In this document: piece by piece, positions 49,401 to 63,467 of the stretch
Layout of the letters: each line of letters begins with the position of its first letter
Position numbering within the stretch: the stretch's first letter is position 1
Assembly (NCBI RefSeq): GCF_001194135.2
Contig: NC_068984.1
Location: forward strand, 11,391,815 to 11,455,814
Source of the DNA: Octopus bimaculoides
Taxonomy: Eukaryota
DNA: 64,000 nucleotides
Direction of reading: 5' to 3'
Translations under genes and position numbers: made by a program
The notes under the pieces: model-generated
Databases searched by the model: none
The model's input: only the letters and a program-made list of their open reading frames with translations
What the model was told of the DNA's origin: nothing

Positions 49401-52400
49401 ATGTGGTTGGTAAGCAAGCTACTTACCACACAGCCATGATTTAATGTTCACTTTCTATGCTGGCATGGGTTGGATGATTTGACAGGAGCTGACAAGCCAA
49501 GGATCTGCACCAGGCTCCAATTGTCTGTTTTAACATGGTTTCTATGGCTGAATGCTCTTCCTACTGCCAACTACTTTACAGAGTGTACAGGGTGCTTTTT
49601 ACGTCTCACGCACACACGTGTTATTGGCATGCAAGTAGTGTCCTTCATCTCCAATCTTTCATGAAAACATGTCTGTTCATGGGGAAATATTACCTTACTT
49701 GGAAGCAGGTGAGGGTTGGTGACAGCAAGGACAGCCAACCATACAAAAAATGCCTTCTACAACTGAATTCCCTCGCAATGCTACAGTAGACAACACTTGC
49801 CTAAGGTACCACATAGTGGGACTGAACCCAAAACCACTTGGTTGGCAAGCAAGCTTCTTAACAACACTGCCACACCTGCTCTTATACCCCACCCCCCTGC
49901 ACCTAAATCTTTAATCTCATTTCCTCTGACACTCACATCTTTTCCCCCTGTCTCTAACACAACACTGCTGCCAGGATACAATCTATATTCCAACTTATTT
50001 AGAAAGGTGCTGACAGCAGAGTCTAATTTTCTCTTTGTTCTACATAGAACAGCCACACAAAGTAATATCAAACCATTGCAGTTAAGCATTGTTACTAGGA
50101 GGATCTCTCAGAGATTTTTAAACCAGCCACTTTAGCTTGTTACAAGATCAGTGACTGGTAGTCGCTTCTTTGTTTACATATTGTGAGTAGGGACAGGTAG
50201 CTGCCATGTCTAGTGGGCAAACATCCAGTACTGAGGACAGAAAAGCATCTAGAAACCTGACCAGGTCTACTGGTTTTGCCATGCTGGAGTGGGGGTGGTT
50301 CACTCCCTTACTTGCAATAGAACAGACACAGATTATGTGTTGTTAACCAGTGGGAAAATATGTTTTCCTGGGGTTAAAATGTAGTAGCATTTGTTCTACA
50401 TAGAACAGCCACATAAAGTGGTATCAGAATGTTATGATAAACTGATTACTCTTGCTGAAAATCTTTCTCTCATTCATCATCATCATCATCATTTAATGTC
50501 TGCCTTCCATGCTAGCATGAGTGGGACAGTTTCACAAGAGCCGGCCAGGCAGAAGCCTGCACCAGACTTCTGTGACTGTTTTGGCAGGATTTTTACACCT
50601 TGATGCTCTTCCTAACACCAACCACTCAGCAGAGTGGACTTAGTGCTTTTTACGGGGCACAAGCACAGGTGAGGTTAGTTTTGGAAAGGTTTTTACAGCT
50701 GGAAGCCCTTCCGAACACCAAGCACTTTACAGTGTGGACTGGGTGCTTTTAAGTGGCATCTGCACTGACAGGGTCATCAAATATTTGCAAGACTGAAAAA
50801 AAAAAAAAACATTCTTCTGAATCAGTGGTTTTCAGCCAGGGTGCATGTGACCATTGGGTGGGGTCTGTATAATATTTACTTGTTAATATGCAATCAGTTA
50901 GTTATACCTCTACAATACACAGAATACTTTAACAATTTTTTAATACAATTCCTAATAATGAATAAATTATAAGAATATTATAGGATTTTTTAAGCATCAA
51001 ATGGCTATGGGGGTCCACCAGTTGAAATAGGAATCTAAGGGGTGCATAGGGACAAAAATGGTTAATCTGTTAATCTGTGGTCGTCATCACTCTCCAAACT
51101 CATTACTATTACCAAAGATTATTTAATTATCTTTTGTTTTACATTGATGACAACTGTCTAATCCTACTTCTCCCTGTCTCACCATCATCATCTTAGGTAA
51201 CTTCACTGCACCATCTCTTAGCTCCCACATTGACACTGTTGACATAGACAGCTCAGAATGGTAAATCATTCTCAAGCTTTAATTTTGTCTGTTACTCTCT
51301 CTCTCTCTCTGAATATTAATGACCTGCCTGCTCTAACTTCTACACACTGTTACTTCTACATAGATGATACTACCATTCGTTTCTATTAAACTTCCACAGA
51401 CAAATCTAGACACTCCCTGCTAGATCTGCACAACCTTCATGTACAGAAACCAGGAAAAAAACCAAAAAAAAAAACAAAACAAAGAAAAACATTTTCTAGT
51501 GACACATGTTAACATAGTTTCATTGAAAAGTAGAAAAACACAATCATTCTGTATATCTATGAAACAGGTTTCTGTTTCACTTGATCTACATATGAACAAC
51601 TCACAACTGAAACTGTCAAGTTGCTTCACAAAAATTGCTTCAAGTTGCTTCACAAAAATCCAGTGATCTTTCAAAGCATTTTCACCAACAGTCACATGTG
51701 CAGATGACGTACATTATTACTAATACTGCACTGACTACAAAGCCACTTTTCCAGTAGTATTATTCTCCAATGTTATGTATTACTGTTGATATATAACAGC
51801 ATAAAGTTGTAATTAATTATACTTTTCATAGGCGCAGGGGTGGCTGTGTGGTAAGTAGCTCGCTTACCAACCACATGGTTCTGGGTTCAGTCCCACTGTG
51901 TGGCACCTTGGGAAAGTGTCTTCTACTATAGCCTCGGGCCGACCAGAGCCTTGTGAGTGGATTTGGTAGACGGAAACTGAAAGAANNNNNNNNNNNNNNN
52001 NNNNNNNNNNNNNNNNNNNNNNNNNNNNNNNNNNNNNNNNNNNNNNNNNNNNNNNNNNNNNNNNNNNNNNNNNNNNNNNNNNNNNNNNNNNNNNNNNNNN
52101 NNNNNNNNNNNNNNNNNNNNNNNNNNNNNNNNNNNNNNNNNNNNNNNNNNNNNNNNNNNNNNNNNNNNNNNNNNNNNNNNNNNNNNNNNNNNNNNNNNNN
52201 NNNNNNNNNNNNNNNNNNNNNNNNNNNNNNNNNNNNNNNNNNNNNNNNNNNNNNNNNNNNNNNNNNNNNNNNNNNNNNNNNNNNNNNNNNNNNNNNNNNN
52301 NNNNNNNNNNNNNNNNNNNNNNNNNNNNNNNNNNNNNNNNNNNNNNNNNNNNNNNNNNNNNNNNNNNNNNNNNNNNNNNNNNNNNNNNNNNNNNNNNNNN

Positions 52401-55400
52401 NNTATAATCTATCAAGTATTTAGGAAATTTAAAAGCATTTATTTTTGACTTGTTTTAGGGATTAGATTGCAGCCATGCTGGGGCACCACCTTGAAGAATT
52501 TTAGTCAAATGAATCAACACTCATACTTTTTTTTTAAAAGCTTGATACTTATTTTTTTGGTATTTTATTTCTTTATTGCCCACAAGGGGCTAAACATAGA
52601 GGGGACAAACAAGGACAGACAAAGGGATTAAGTCGATTACATCGTCCCCAGTGCGTAACTGGTACTTAATTTATCGACCCCGAAAGGATGAAAGGCAAAG
52701 TCAACCTCGGCGGAATTTGAACTCAGACCGTAGCGGCAGACGAAGTACCGCTAAGCATTTCGCCCAACGTGCTAACGTTTCTGCCAGCTCACCGCCTTAT
52801 TTTTTTGGTATCTATTTGCTGAACTACCAAGTTACAAGGATGTAAACACACCAACACCAGTTGTAAAGTGGTGATGGGGGACAAACACAGATACAAAGAC
52901 ACAGACGTGCACATAGATATATGTGTGTGTGTATGACAGGCTTCTTTCCGTTTCCATCTACCGAATCCACTCACAAGGCTTTGGTCGACCTGAGGCTGTA
53001 GTTGATGATACTTGCCTAATATGCCATGCAGTGGGACTGAACCCAGAACCGTGTGATTGGGAGGCAAACTTCTTACCACACTGCCACACCAGTGTTTCTT
53101 CATAAATATAACAATATAAATTAGTTGTATATAAACTCCCAATCTTTCATTTTCCTATGTATCAACAGAAAACCTTGAGCTTGACAGGTCTTATTGGGCA
53201 AAATAATGTAACTTGTTGCACAGTGTCTATTGTTGAAGAAAAATATCTGAAAAACATCTGAAATCAGATGAGATTTCACAATGTTTTTCATAAAGTTTTT
53301 TTATGGTAAATTAAAACATGTTTAACCCATTAATGTTCAGATTACTCTGTTAAATGTAATAATTTTTCACTCAAATTGTTTTTAATTAATCATGCATTAT
53401 CTCATAGCTTTGAGGTTTCAAAGATGTGATTATTTATTTTTAGAATGTCAATGTAGGTTAGGTGTGAGAGGCTAGATATGGCTAGTCCAAATATAAAACA
53501 TGAAGAATATTTGGGCCAGATATGGTCAGTTTAAATGCTAAATGATTAACCCATTTGTTACCATATTTCTGTTGAAATACACCCATTTATTTCAGTTAAT
53601 TTTTAAAATAATGAAAAAAACAGTATTATAATTTATCATTATTAAACAGATTTTTGAAACACAAGTTAACATGAAATTTTTAATGAGGAATTTTAATTTA
53701 GATCACTTTAACCCTTTTATTACCATATTTCTGTTGAGAAACTCGGTGTTTCTTTCAATTAATTTTAAATATAACAAAGAATTTAGTATAATAATTTAGT
53801 TATCATTAAGCTAGTGTTAGGAACATAAAACTGTGACTAAGGTTTGGTGTAAGATTTTAATTCAGAACTTTTGGAAACAAGACATTTGTTCTACAGAGCC
53901 AGAGGCCGTTTCAGGTGGGTTGATATCAAAACGGTTAAAGTATGAAGTTTGTATCATAGAATCAGGCGTAACCCCAGCCAGGTTAGTATTAAAAAGGTTA
54001 AATTTAGTGTCTGCTAGAAACAGCACAAGAAATAGAATTTGGAATGTGAAAATGTAATCTGTTAAAAGAGAATTTAGCAACTGTTCGTAAAATGTAGATG
54101 AAACCATAATAGAAATATTGTTAATTCAAAAGTCATGGTGTCTAATTGTAACAGCAGTGTGTGTGTGAAGACAAATGTGTCTGTTAGAATATTAATATCT
54201 ATATAAACATATGGATGAGAGAGTGTGTATGTTAGTTTGAGAGCTCAAAAAGTCCTTTTTCTACTCTGTTCAGTGGATGTTAGCAAGTTGTTTGTTGAAC
54301 AGTGAGCATACCAAAAGTAAACAATTTGATTGGCTGAAAACAGCCAATGAAAATAGTTATGTGATGTGCTTCTGAAAATGTTTTCTGCTCTGTCTGAAAA
54401 AGTGATTTGGTCCACATGACAAACAAACAAGTCAGCTCAATACTTGTGATAATTGGGTAATGGAACCATGTGACAATTAAAAAGTGCACCAAAATTAAGA
54501 CAAACAAAATTATGATAATAGCAGCTGATTGCAATAGTGTATAATGTATCTGTGTATGTTTATCTCCCTGCCTCTGTGTGTATGTGTGAGAGAAAGAGAG
54601 AGAGAGAATATGAAAGGATAGCAGGGTAACAATTACACAAGTTGTTGTAGTAGAGCCTCAACATTGATTGTGCAAACTTATGGTGTCAAAGGTATTCTAG
54701 CTATGACCATTCTACTTTTTCTCTTTTGTCATAGTGTATCCAGGACTATATTTTCCAACATGTGCTTCCCTTTCTTTTTAAAACGATAAGGTATGATAGG
54801 CGTAGAAGTGGCTGTGTGGTAAGTAGTTTGCTCACCAACCACATGGTTTCGGGTTCAGTCCCACTGTGTGGCACCTTGGGCAAGTGTCTTCTGCTATAGC
54901 CTCGGGCCGACTAAAGCCTTGTGAGTGGATTTGGTAGACGGAAACTGAAAGAAGCCCGTCGTATATATGTATATATATATGTATGTGTGTGTGTGTATGT
55001 ATAAAATTGTATATTAAGCACTTTGTGTTTGTTATGGTTTGATCCCCAGGCTATGGAAAAGCTGTCTTGCACAGAACTGATCCATTGTGCAAAAAATATT
55101 GGGGATTGCTGATTGTTATATTCTTATGCCTCCAATATTGTGCCGTTTTAAGGCGGCAAGCTAACAGAGACATTAGCAGGCGAGGCAAAATGCTTAGCAG
55201 TATTTTCTGTCTTTACATTCTGAGTTCTAATTCCACCGAGGTCGACTTTTCCTTTCATCCTTTCGAGGTTGATAAATTGAATACCAGTTGTGTACTGGGG
55301 TCGATCTAATCGACTGCCCCCTCCCCCCACCTCCCCAAAAATTTCGGGCCTTGCACCTAGAGTAGAAAAGAATATCGCAGCACGGTTGATCATGTCGACA

Positions 55401-58400
55401 ATAGGTAAAGAATACACTGTAACAGTGTTATAACAATACAAAATAGAAACAGCAGCAGTAATAAACACATAACGAACCAACAATCAATATTTCCAACACA
55501 CTAACTCAGACTGTACCTGGACTTCGAAGATCAAATTACAAACTACATCAGACCTCTACTATGCATATGTAGTGGTCTTGTCTATTCTCATCAAAGAGTC
55601 TTGTACTCTCGCCACAACACTGATCTATAGGATTGTAGATAACTTGTTAAAGATTAATTTTATGTTTGATTTCCATGGTATATATCTTCTTGTTTTTCTT
55701 TTTCTTTAGGTAACAGCTGCTCCTTGGTGGGTGTCTGTTAATGGAGCTTTCTGGAGAGCACCAGAAGGTAATGATTCATCAATAAAAGACAGGTGTGTAT
55801 CTGACTTTGAATCATTATAAAATACCTGTATAAATATTTCATAGCTGTGTGTATGAGCTACCTCTCTCTCTGTCTAACTGCCCATCTGTCCAACTATCCA
55901 TAAGCTTGTTTCTAGTTGTCGATGTATAGGGAACTGTGAGTATGAGGATGCTGCATTTCATCAGGGTACAATGCTACAGATTTATAGTAGAGTGAAATGA
56001 AATGATGTTGCTGAGAATAACTAACAGTGCAAGGAAAGGTATAGCTGTGTGGTTCAGTAGTTTGCTTCACAATCACATGGTTCAGCCAGATGCTCTTCCT
56101 GTCACCAACCCTTATCTGTTTTCGTGCAAATTAATATTTCCCCATGGCCAGACATGTATTCATGAAGGATTGGAAATGAATGAGATTGCTTATATGATGG
56201 TGACACTCATTTACAACTGCAATATAATGTCAACACACACACACTCAGATATTGGCAGGATGGGCTTTTTTCAGTTCCTGTCTGCCAAATCCACTTGCAT
56301 CCACTTTAATCAATCTGGGGCTGTACAGTGGAACTGAACCTAAAGTGTGTTTAGGAAGAGAATTTTTCAATCACTTAGTCATACTATATGTATGTACATT
56401 ATCTTTCTTTGTGTGTGTTAGTGTTGAGTGGTTTTATGCTGTTGTTTTTTATTTTACTTTTTTTTTTTGTGAGAGGAAATCATACTAATACAGACACACA
56501 CACATACACACCGAAATTTGCATTTATTAACATTGATGTATATATTATGTGTACATTGTTTTTGCTTGTGTGTGTGTGTGTTTTGTTTTGTGGAATGAAA
56601 CCAGGAACCTATATGAGAACACACAGAAATTCACTGTTATCAATATAGATTTGTTCACCCTTGAAAGGGTGAAAGGCAGAGTTCAGCATCAACAAGATTT
56701 GAACACAGAACAGAAAGACAAGGAATTTTGTCTCGCACTCTAATGTTTCTTCAAATCCATCCGTTTCATATCTTAATATCATCCTCATCATTGTATGTCT
56801 GTTCTCATTCAGGGTTAATATTCGCCATGGAGCACCATATCTCACATGTACAATTTATTTAGGCATGGTTTCTATGACTAGATGTCCTTAACACCAACCA
56901 CCTTACAGAATGTATTGTGTGTATTTTATCATAGCACCAGCACAAGAAAGGTTGTCCTTAAATGACTCTACCAACCAACAATTCTATTATTATTAATAGT
57001 AAGGGCAGCTGTCTGGCTTCTGTGCCAGTCGCATGTAAATAGCACCATTTGAGCGTGATCGTTACCAGTGTCGCCTTACTAGCACTTGTGCCGGTGGCAC
57101 GTTAGAAAATGTTCGAGCAAGGTCGTTGCCTGTGCCGCTGGACTGGCTCCTGTGCAGGTGGCACATAAAATACACTATTTTAAGCGTGACCGTTGCCAGT
57201 ACTGCCTGACTGGCCTTCGTGCTGGTGGCACATAAAGAGCACCCACTACACTCTCAGAGTGTAGAAACTCTGCCAAATCAGATTGGAGCCTGGTGTAGCC
57301 ATCTGGTTCAACAGTCCTCAGTCAAATCGTCCAACCCATGCTAGCATAGAAGGCAGACGTTAAATGATGATGATGATGAATAAGAAAAATGGTTACATGT
57401 TACAGTTATGTGTCAACAGAATTTTAAACAAAACATAAACAGCTGGGTATTAAGAAAGTAAGCCCTTACTACTGTTTTGTATGTGAATGAGACAAAAAAA
57501 GGGGAAAAATGTGTGAGAGAGAGAGAGAGAGAACAGAAGAAAGAGAAAGAGAGAGAATTTTGTAAGCGTGCCTTATGTGTTAAGACCAAACTGTTTTGGT
57601 GATATCAAACATGGTATTTGTCTAGATTATGGTAAAATATAAGAACGCCTGGCTGCAGATGTTAATCTACTGTTTCATATCTCTCAGGGATCAATACAAA
57701 CATTGGTTAATGTTTACTTAATATGTTCATTTACTATTATGTTGTGGTAAAATGGCTATTAAATTCTGAAATGAAATTCTCATGAATTTGAAAGTTATGT
57801 TAATTTGATGTAAATACTGAAATGTAAATGTGATTATAAGTTAACGACCATTTTTTCTGCTGAGAGCTTATATGCCCCAGCGTTAGACTATTTTTTACAG
57901 TCAATACATGATGAAAACTCAATCATATTTACAAAATTTTCACTTGTCACTCTTTCTTAACTTACACAAAATACTGAAAAGTAATTTTTACAAAGTTGAT
58001 TAGTTATTACCAGTATACATTATACTACAGCTTTGTTTGTTATAATGAATTTTGGTTGTTTATTATATCTAATTATAATTAATAAAGAGAGGAGATGGCT
58101 AAAGAGGCTGCATTATATATGGAGGTCTCAAAATGCACTCTGTACACTCTTAACCCTTTAGCATTCAGATTATTCTATCAAACTTAATACTTCTTCATCC
58201 ATATTGTTTTAAGCTAATCATGCATTATTTCGTAGCTTCAAGGTTTCAATGATGTTATCACCTATTTTTAGAATGACATTATAGGTTGGTGTGAGATATC
58301 AAATCTGGGTAGTTTTAACATAAAACAGGTAGATCATTTTGGGCCGGATATGGCCAGTTTAAACACTAAAGGGTTAAAGTGGTTGGCAAATGTATGGAGA

Positions 58401-61061
58401 TAGAGAACATTCCTTAGTTTTGATGAGAACATGGCAACCTCTCTAGTGCTGGTGCTATGATAAAATGCATACAGTACATTTTGTAAGGTGGTTGGTGTTA
58501 AGAAGGATATCCAGCCATAGAAACCATGTGTAAATAAATTGTACATGTGAGACATGGTGCTCCGACACATCATGGAGAGTATTAACCCTAAATGAGAACT
58601 GATTTAGGCTGTGACAATCCATCCAAGCCAAGCCAGCATGGAAACAGGCATAAAATGATGAGGGTGATATTAAGATGTAGAACTGATAGATTTGAAAAAA
58701 ACATCAGAGTGCTAGATAAAATTCCTTGTCTTCTGTTACAGTCATTTCTGTTCTGTGTTCAAATCTCACTGATGCCAACTCTGCCTTTGAAAGGTGAACA
58801 AATCTATATCAATCAAAGTGAATATCTGTCCGTGTGTCCACAGGGCTTCGTGGCTTCTTCCCACAAAAACAGAAGTACAGGCACCTTGATAGAATTGCTA
58901 GAACAACAAATGCCTTGTGGTGTTTTTTGGCTCTTTATGTTCTGAGCTCAAATCCTATTGAAGTCAACTTTGCTTTCATCTCTCTGGAATTGATGAAATA
59001 TAGTACCAGTCAAATACTGGGGTAAATAATATTGACTAACATTCTCTTCCAAAACTTTCTGGCCTTTTGCCTATGATAGGAATGACAACAACAACAATAA
59101 TAACCATTTCTAGTATAGACACAAGGCCTGAAATCTTTGCTGGAGGGGGGGGGGTGTTAAGTCAATTACATTGGCCCTAGTGCGTAACTGGTACTTATTT
59201 AATCGACCCTGAAAGGATGAAAGGCAAAGTCGACCTCGGTGGAATTTGAACTCAGAACGTAGTGACGGGCGAAATACTGCTAAGCATTTTGTCCAGTGTG
59301 CTAACGACTCTGCCAGCTTGTTGCCTTAATAATAATAATAATAATAATGTTTCTAATTTAGACACAAAGCCAGCAATTTTAAGAAGAAGGTATTCAGCAA
59401 TACCATCAACTCTCATACTTTATTTCATCAAATCCTGCAAAGATGAAATACCAAGCTGACTTTGGCAGTTCTCATATGTAGACACATCTTTAATTTTACA
59501 GAAGGAAACAGTTGATTATGTCAAATCCAGTACTTGTCTGGCACTAAAGAAAAAAAAAAAATTATTATAATAATAATAATCACTATACCAGCAAATGAGG
59601 AAGCCTCTAGATAGCCATCCAAAACTTGTTAGAAATAGCAATTGAATCTTTTTCAAATCACATTCTGCCATCTTGAATAATAAAAAAAAAAAAAAAGGAC
59701 ACCTAGAATAATGTTAACTTACAATCTCCAAAAGGACAGGATGGCCATGGTTAGAATGCTTTTGATCATATCTGCTCAAACAAGTTGACTTGGAGCTAAA
59801 CAACAGCAATAATTTTACTGTATGAACAGAACTGGTTGAGATTTTAAATATCCTGTAGTAGCTTACCCTAATAACCTTTCCAACCAATTAACAATCTCAA
59901 AATGTCAAATCATTTATCAAGCGTCTTGTTTTTAAACATTTCTAGTTTGGCTCTATATCAGATTTATAATTCTAGTGGCTCTCTCTCATATTTTTTTATG
60001 TTAAACTTTTATTTCATGATTTGAAATTTTAATTCCTTTTTTTTTTTTCTCTTTTTGTCAAGTTCTGTTTGGGTTTATTAAACAGTCATGTAGGCACCGG
60101 CATAGCCAGGTGGTTTTGAAGCTTGGTTTGCAACCCTTTGGTTTCTGGTTCAGTTCTACTATGGGCCCCAGGCCAACCAATGCCTTATGAGTGAATTTAG
60201 TAGACAGAAACTGAACTGTGTGGAAATCTGTTGTATATATATTATAATGTGTGTCTTGCACCAAGTATCATTGTAGGACTCAACTCAAAACCATGTGATC
60301 AAGAAGCACAAATCGCAGTTTTTTTTTTAGACATTTTATCTTTCATTCTACAAACTTTATAGTTAATAATGTAAGCATACATACACCTCTTATATATTTC
60401 ATTAAATTATTTTAGTTAATGAAAAACACCATTTCTTTATAATATATTATATTATATTCCTAGACCCAGGAAGACCTGGGATGAGGTGGTGAAGCACGAC
60501 CTTCGAACATTAGGCTTCACCGAGGCAATGACTAGTGACCGAGACCTTTGAAAATATGCAGTGCATGAGAAGACCCAGCAAGCCAAGTGAGACCATAACC
60601 CATGGCCTATGCCAGCGGTGTAACCAGTACAGTGGAGCGCTAAGAGCACCATCCGAGTGTGATCGCTGCCAGAGCAGCTGACTGGCTTCCATGCCAGTGG
60701 CACGTAAAAAGCACCATTTGAACGTGTTCGTTACCAGCGTCGCCTTACTGGCACTTGCGCTGGTGGCACATGAAAAAACATTTCGAGCAAGGTTGTTGCC
60801 AATGCCGTTGGACTGGCTCCTGTGCAGGTGGCATGTAAAAAACACCACATGAGCATGGCCGTTGCCAGTACTGCCTGACTGCCGTTGGCATGTAAAAGCA
60901 CCCATACACTCTTGGAGTGGTTGGCGTTAGGAAGGGCATCCAGCTGTAGAAACTCTGCCAGATCAGATTGGAGCCTGGTGCAGCCATCAGGTTCGCCAGT
61001 CCTTAATCAAATCATCCAACCCATGCTAGCATGGAAAGCTGACGTTAAACGATGATGATGA

Positions 61062-61105
<44 letters not shown>

Positions 61106-61949
61106 TATGAACAGCAATTTGCAATGTTTCACCAAAAAAGAGAATTACAAATGTCACTAAATGTGACTAGGGTGTTAGGAAACACCTACATTGCTAGAAA
61201 TAAGAACTAAAGCACTCTAATGCTATAGTTAACGCACATGAATCAAAACATACACTAACAGGGACTTTAATTGTCCGAAATATGCTGATTGAGAATTCTT
61301 GATACTGACGTCAGTATAAAATGCTGTTTATACTAATTTTATATACACACATTAGCAAATCATGAAATCATCTAATAATTTGGATAATGGAAATATAAAT
61401 ACTAATAGCGAAGCAAGCCCAGAAAAATCCCAACATTCGAGCGGGCTTAACTGATGAGGCAACTGAAATTGCCAAAACTGATGTGGGTATTAAGAAATCT
61501 CGATCAGCATTTTTCAGACAAGTAAGGTCCCTGTTAGTGTGTATGTTTTCATTCATGTGCGTTAAGTACAGCATTAGAGTGCTTTAGTTCTTATTTCTAG
61601 CAATGTAGGTGTTTACTAACAGCCTAGTCACATTCAGTGACAATTATATGTATGTGTGTGTATGTGTATATATCATCATCATTATCGTTTAACGTCCGCC
61701 TTCCATGCTAGCATGAGTTGGATGATTTGGCTGAGTTCTGGCGAACCAGATGGCTGCACCAGGCTCCAATCTGATCTGGCAGAGTTTCTACAGCTGGATG
61801 CCCTTCCTAACGCCAACCACTCTGAGAGTGTAGTGGGTGCTTTTACGTGCCACTGGCACAAGGGCCAGTCAGGCAGTACTAGCAACGGCCAATCTCAAAA
61901 TGGTGTTTTTTATGTGCCACCTGCACAGGAACCAGTCCAGCGATGCTGG

Positions 61950-61980
<31 letters not shown>

Positions 61981-63420
61981 CAGGTCATCCCATAAGTTCT
62001 ATCTGAGTTTTGAATAAAGAAAATAAGTGATCAAATTTTATAATTAATTGAAATTTAATCATCAATGTACTTTCCTTGATTATCTATGACTTCCTTTCAT
62101 CTATTTACAAGCTTTTTAATCCCATCAATGTAAAACTCTTTTGGTTTCAAAGCAAAGAACTCTGAAATGTCAGTTTCAACCTCCTCCTGGCTTGCGAAAA
62201 TTATGTCCCCCAAATGATTCTGTAAACTACCAAACAAATGGTAGTCTGAAGGAGCAAGGTCAGGAGAATAAGGTGGGTGAGGAACTTTTTCCCAGCCAGG
62301 CTCTTCGATCTTCTGTGATGTGATCTTTGCAGTGTATGGTCGCGCATTGTCCTGATGAAACATCACTCCTTTTCAATTCACTAAAGCGGGTTTTTTTTTT
62401 TTCAAAGCTTGGTTTAAACGCTCTAATTGCTGACAGTAGACTTGAGCATTGATTGTTGCATTAGGTGGTAACAATTCAAAGTGAATTACTCCTTTCCAAT
62501 CCCACCAGATAAAGAGAAGAACCTTTTTCCCATGAAGTTCCCTTCTAAGTTGTGGTTGAGCTTTTTCCCTTTTATCAAGCCATTGTTTACGATGTTTAAC
62601 ATTTCGATAGAAGATCCATTTTTTTTCACCAGTCACAAGTCTATCCAAAAAGGGTGAAATGAGTTTGCAAGAATGGAGAGAAGAGCAGATGTCAACTCGG
62701 GATTTGTGGTTGCTTTCAGACAATTCACGAGGCACCCATTTTCCAAGTTTAGGAACATTTCCAAGTTGTTGAAGATGACGATGAACAGTTGTATGGTTCG
62801 AACTAAGCTTTATTGCCAATTCTTCAAATGATAATGCAAGAGTTTCTTCAAGTAATGCCTCAAGGAGCTTATCATCAAACTCAACTGGATGTCCTGTTCG
62901 ATCTTCATCTTCAAGGCTGAAATCTCCACTTCTGAATATTGCAAACCATCTTCTGCAAGTCCTTTCATTCAAGCATTCTTTCCCATAAACTGAGTGTATA
63001 TTTCGAGTCGCTTCGGCTGCAGAGTTTCGTTTTTTATACTCATAAAGCATTATGTGCCTTAAATGATCTTTGGATACTTCCATGTTAGAAAGGGTTTTAA
63101 TCAAAGAAATTTTAATTCTATTATTCTGTAAAATAATATTTAATTAGTTTAAATATACACAAATGCATAAAAATAATTTTTAATTCCATTAGACATTGTA
63201 NNNNNNNNNNNNNNNNNNNNNNNNNNNNNNNNNNNNNNNNNNNNNNNNNNNNNNNNNNNNNNNNNNNNNNNNNNNNNNNNNNNNNNNNNNNNNNNNNNNN
63301 NNNNNNNNNNNNNNNNNNNNNNNNNNNNNNNNNNNNNNNNNNNNNNNNNNNNNNNNNNNNNNNNNNNNNNNNNNNNNNNNNNNNNNNNNNNNNNNNNNNN
63401 NNNNNNNNNNNNNNNNNNNN

Positions 63421-63467
<47 letters not shown>

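Noticed and set aside
60640-60905. CRISPR-like appearance of the 65-nt periodic array
   Set aside because: Eukaryotic LINE UTR; units are degenerate along their whole length, the variable parts are about 9 nt, the same array recurs in dispersed copies, and there are no cas genes
962-60987. Numerous 60-130 aa ORFs with recurring phrases (e.g. [31 protein letters not shown])
   Set aside because: They are translations of multicopy SINE and LINE-UTR sequence, not genes
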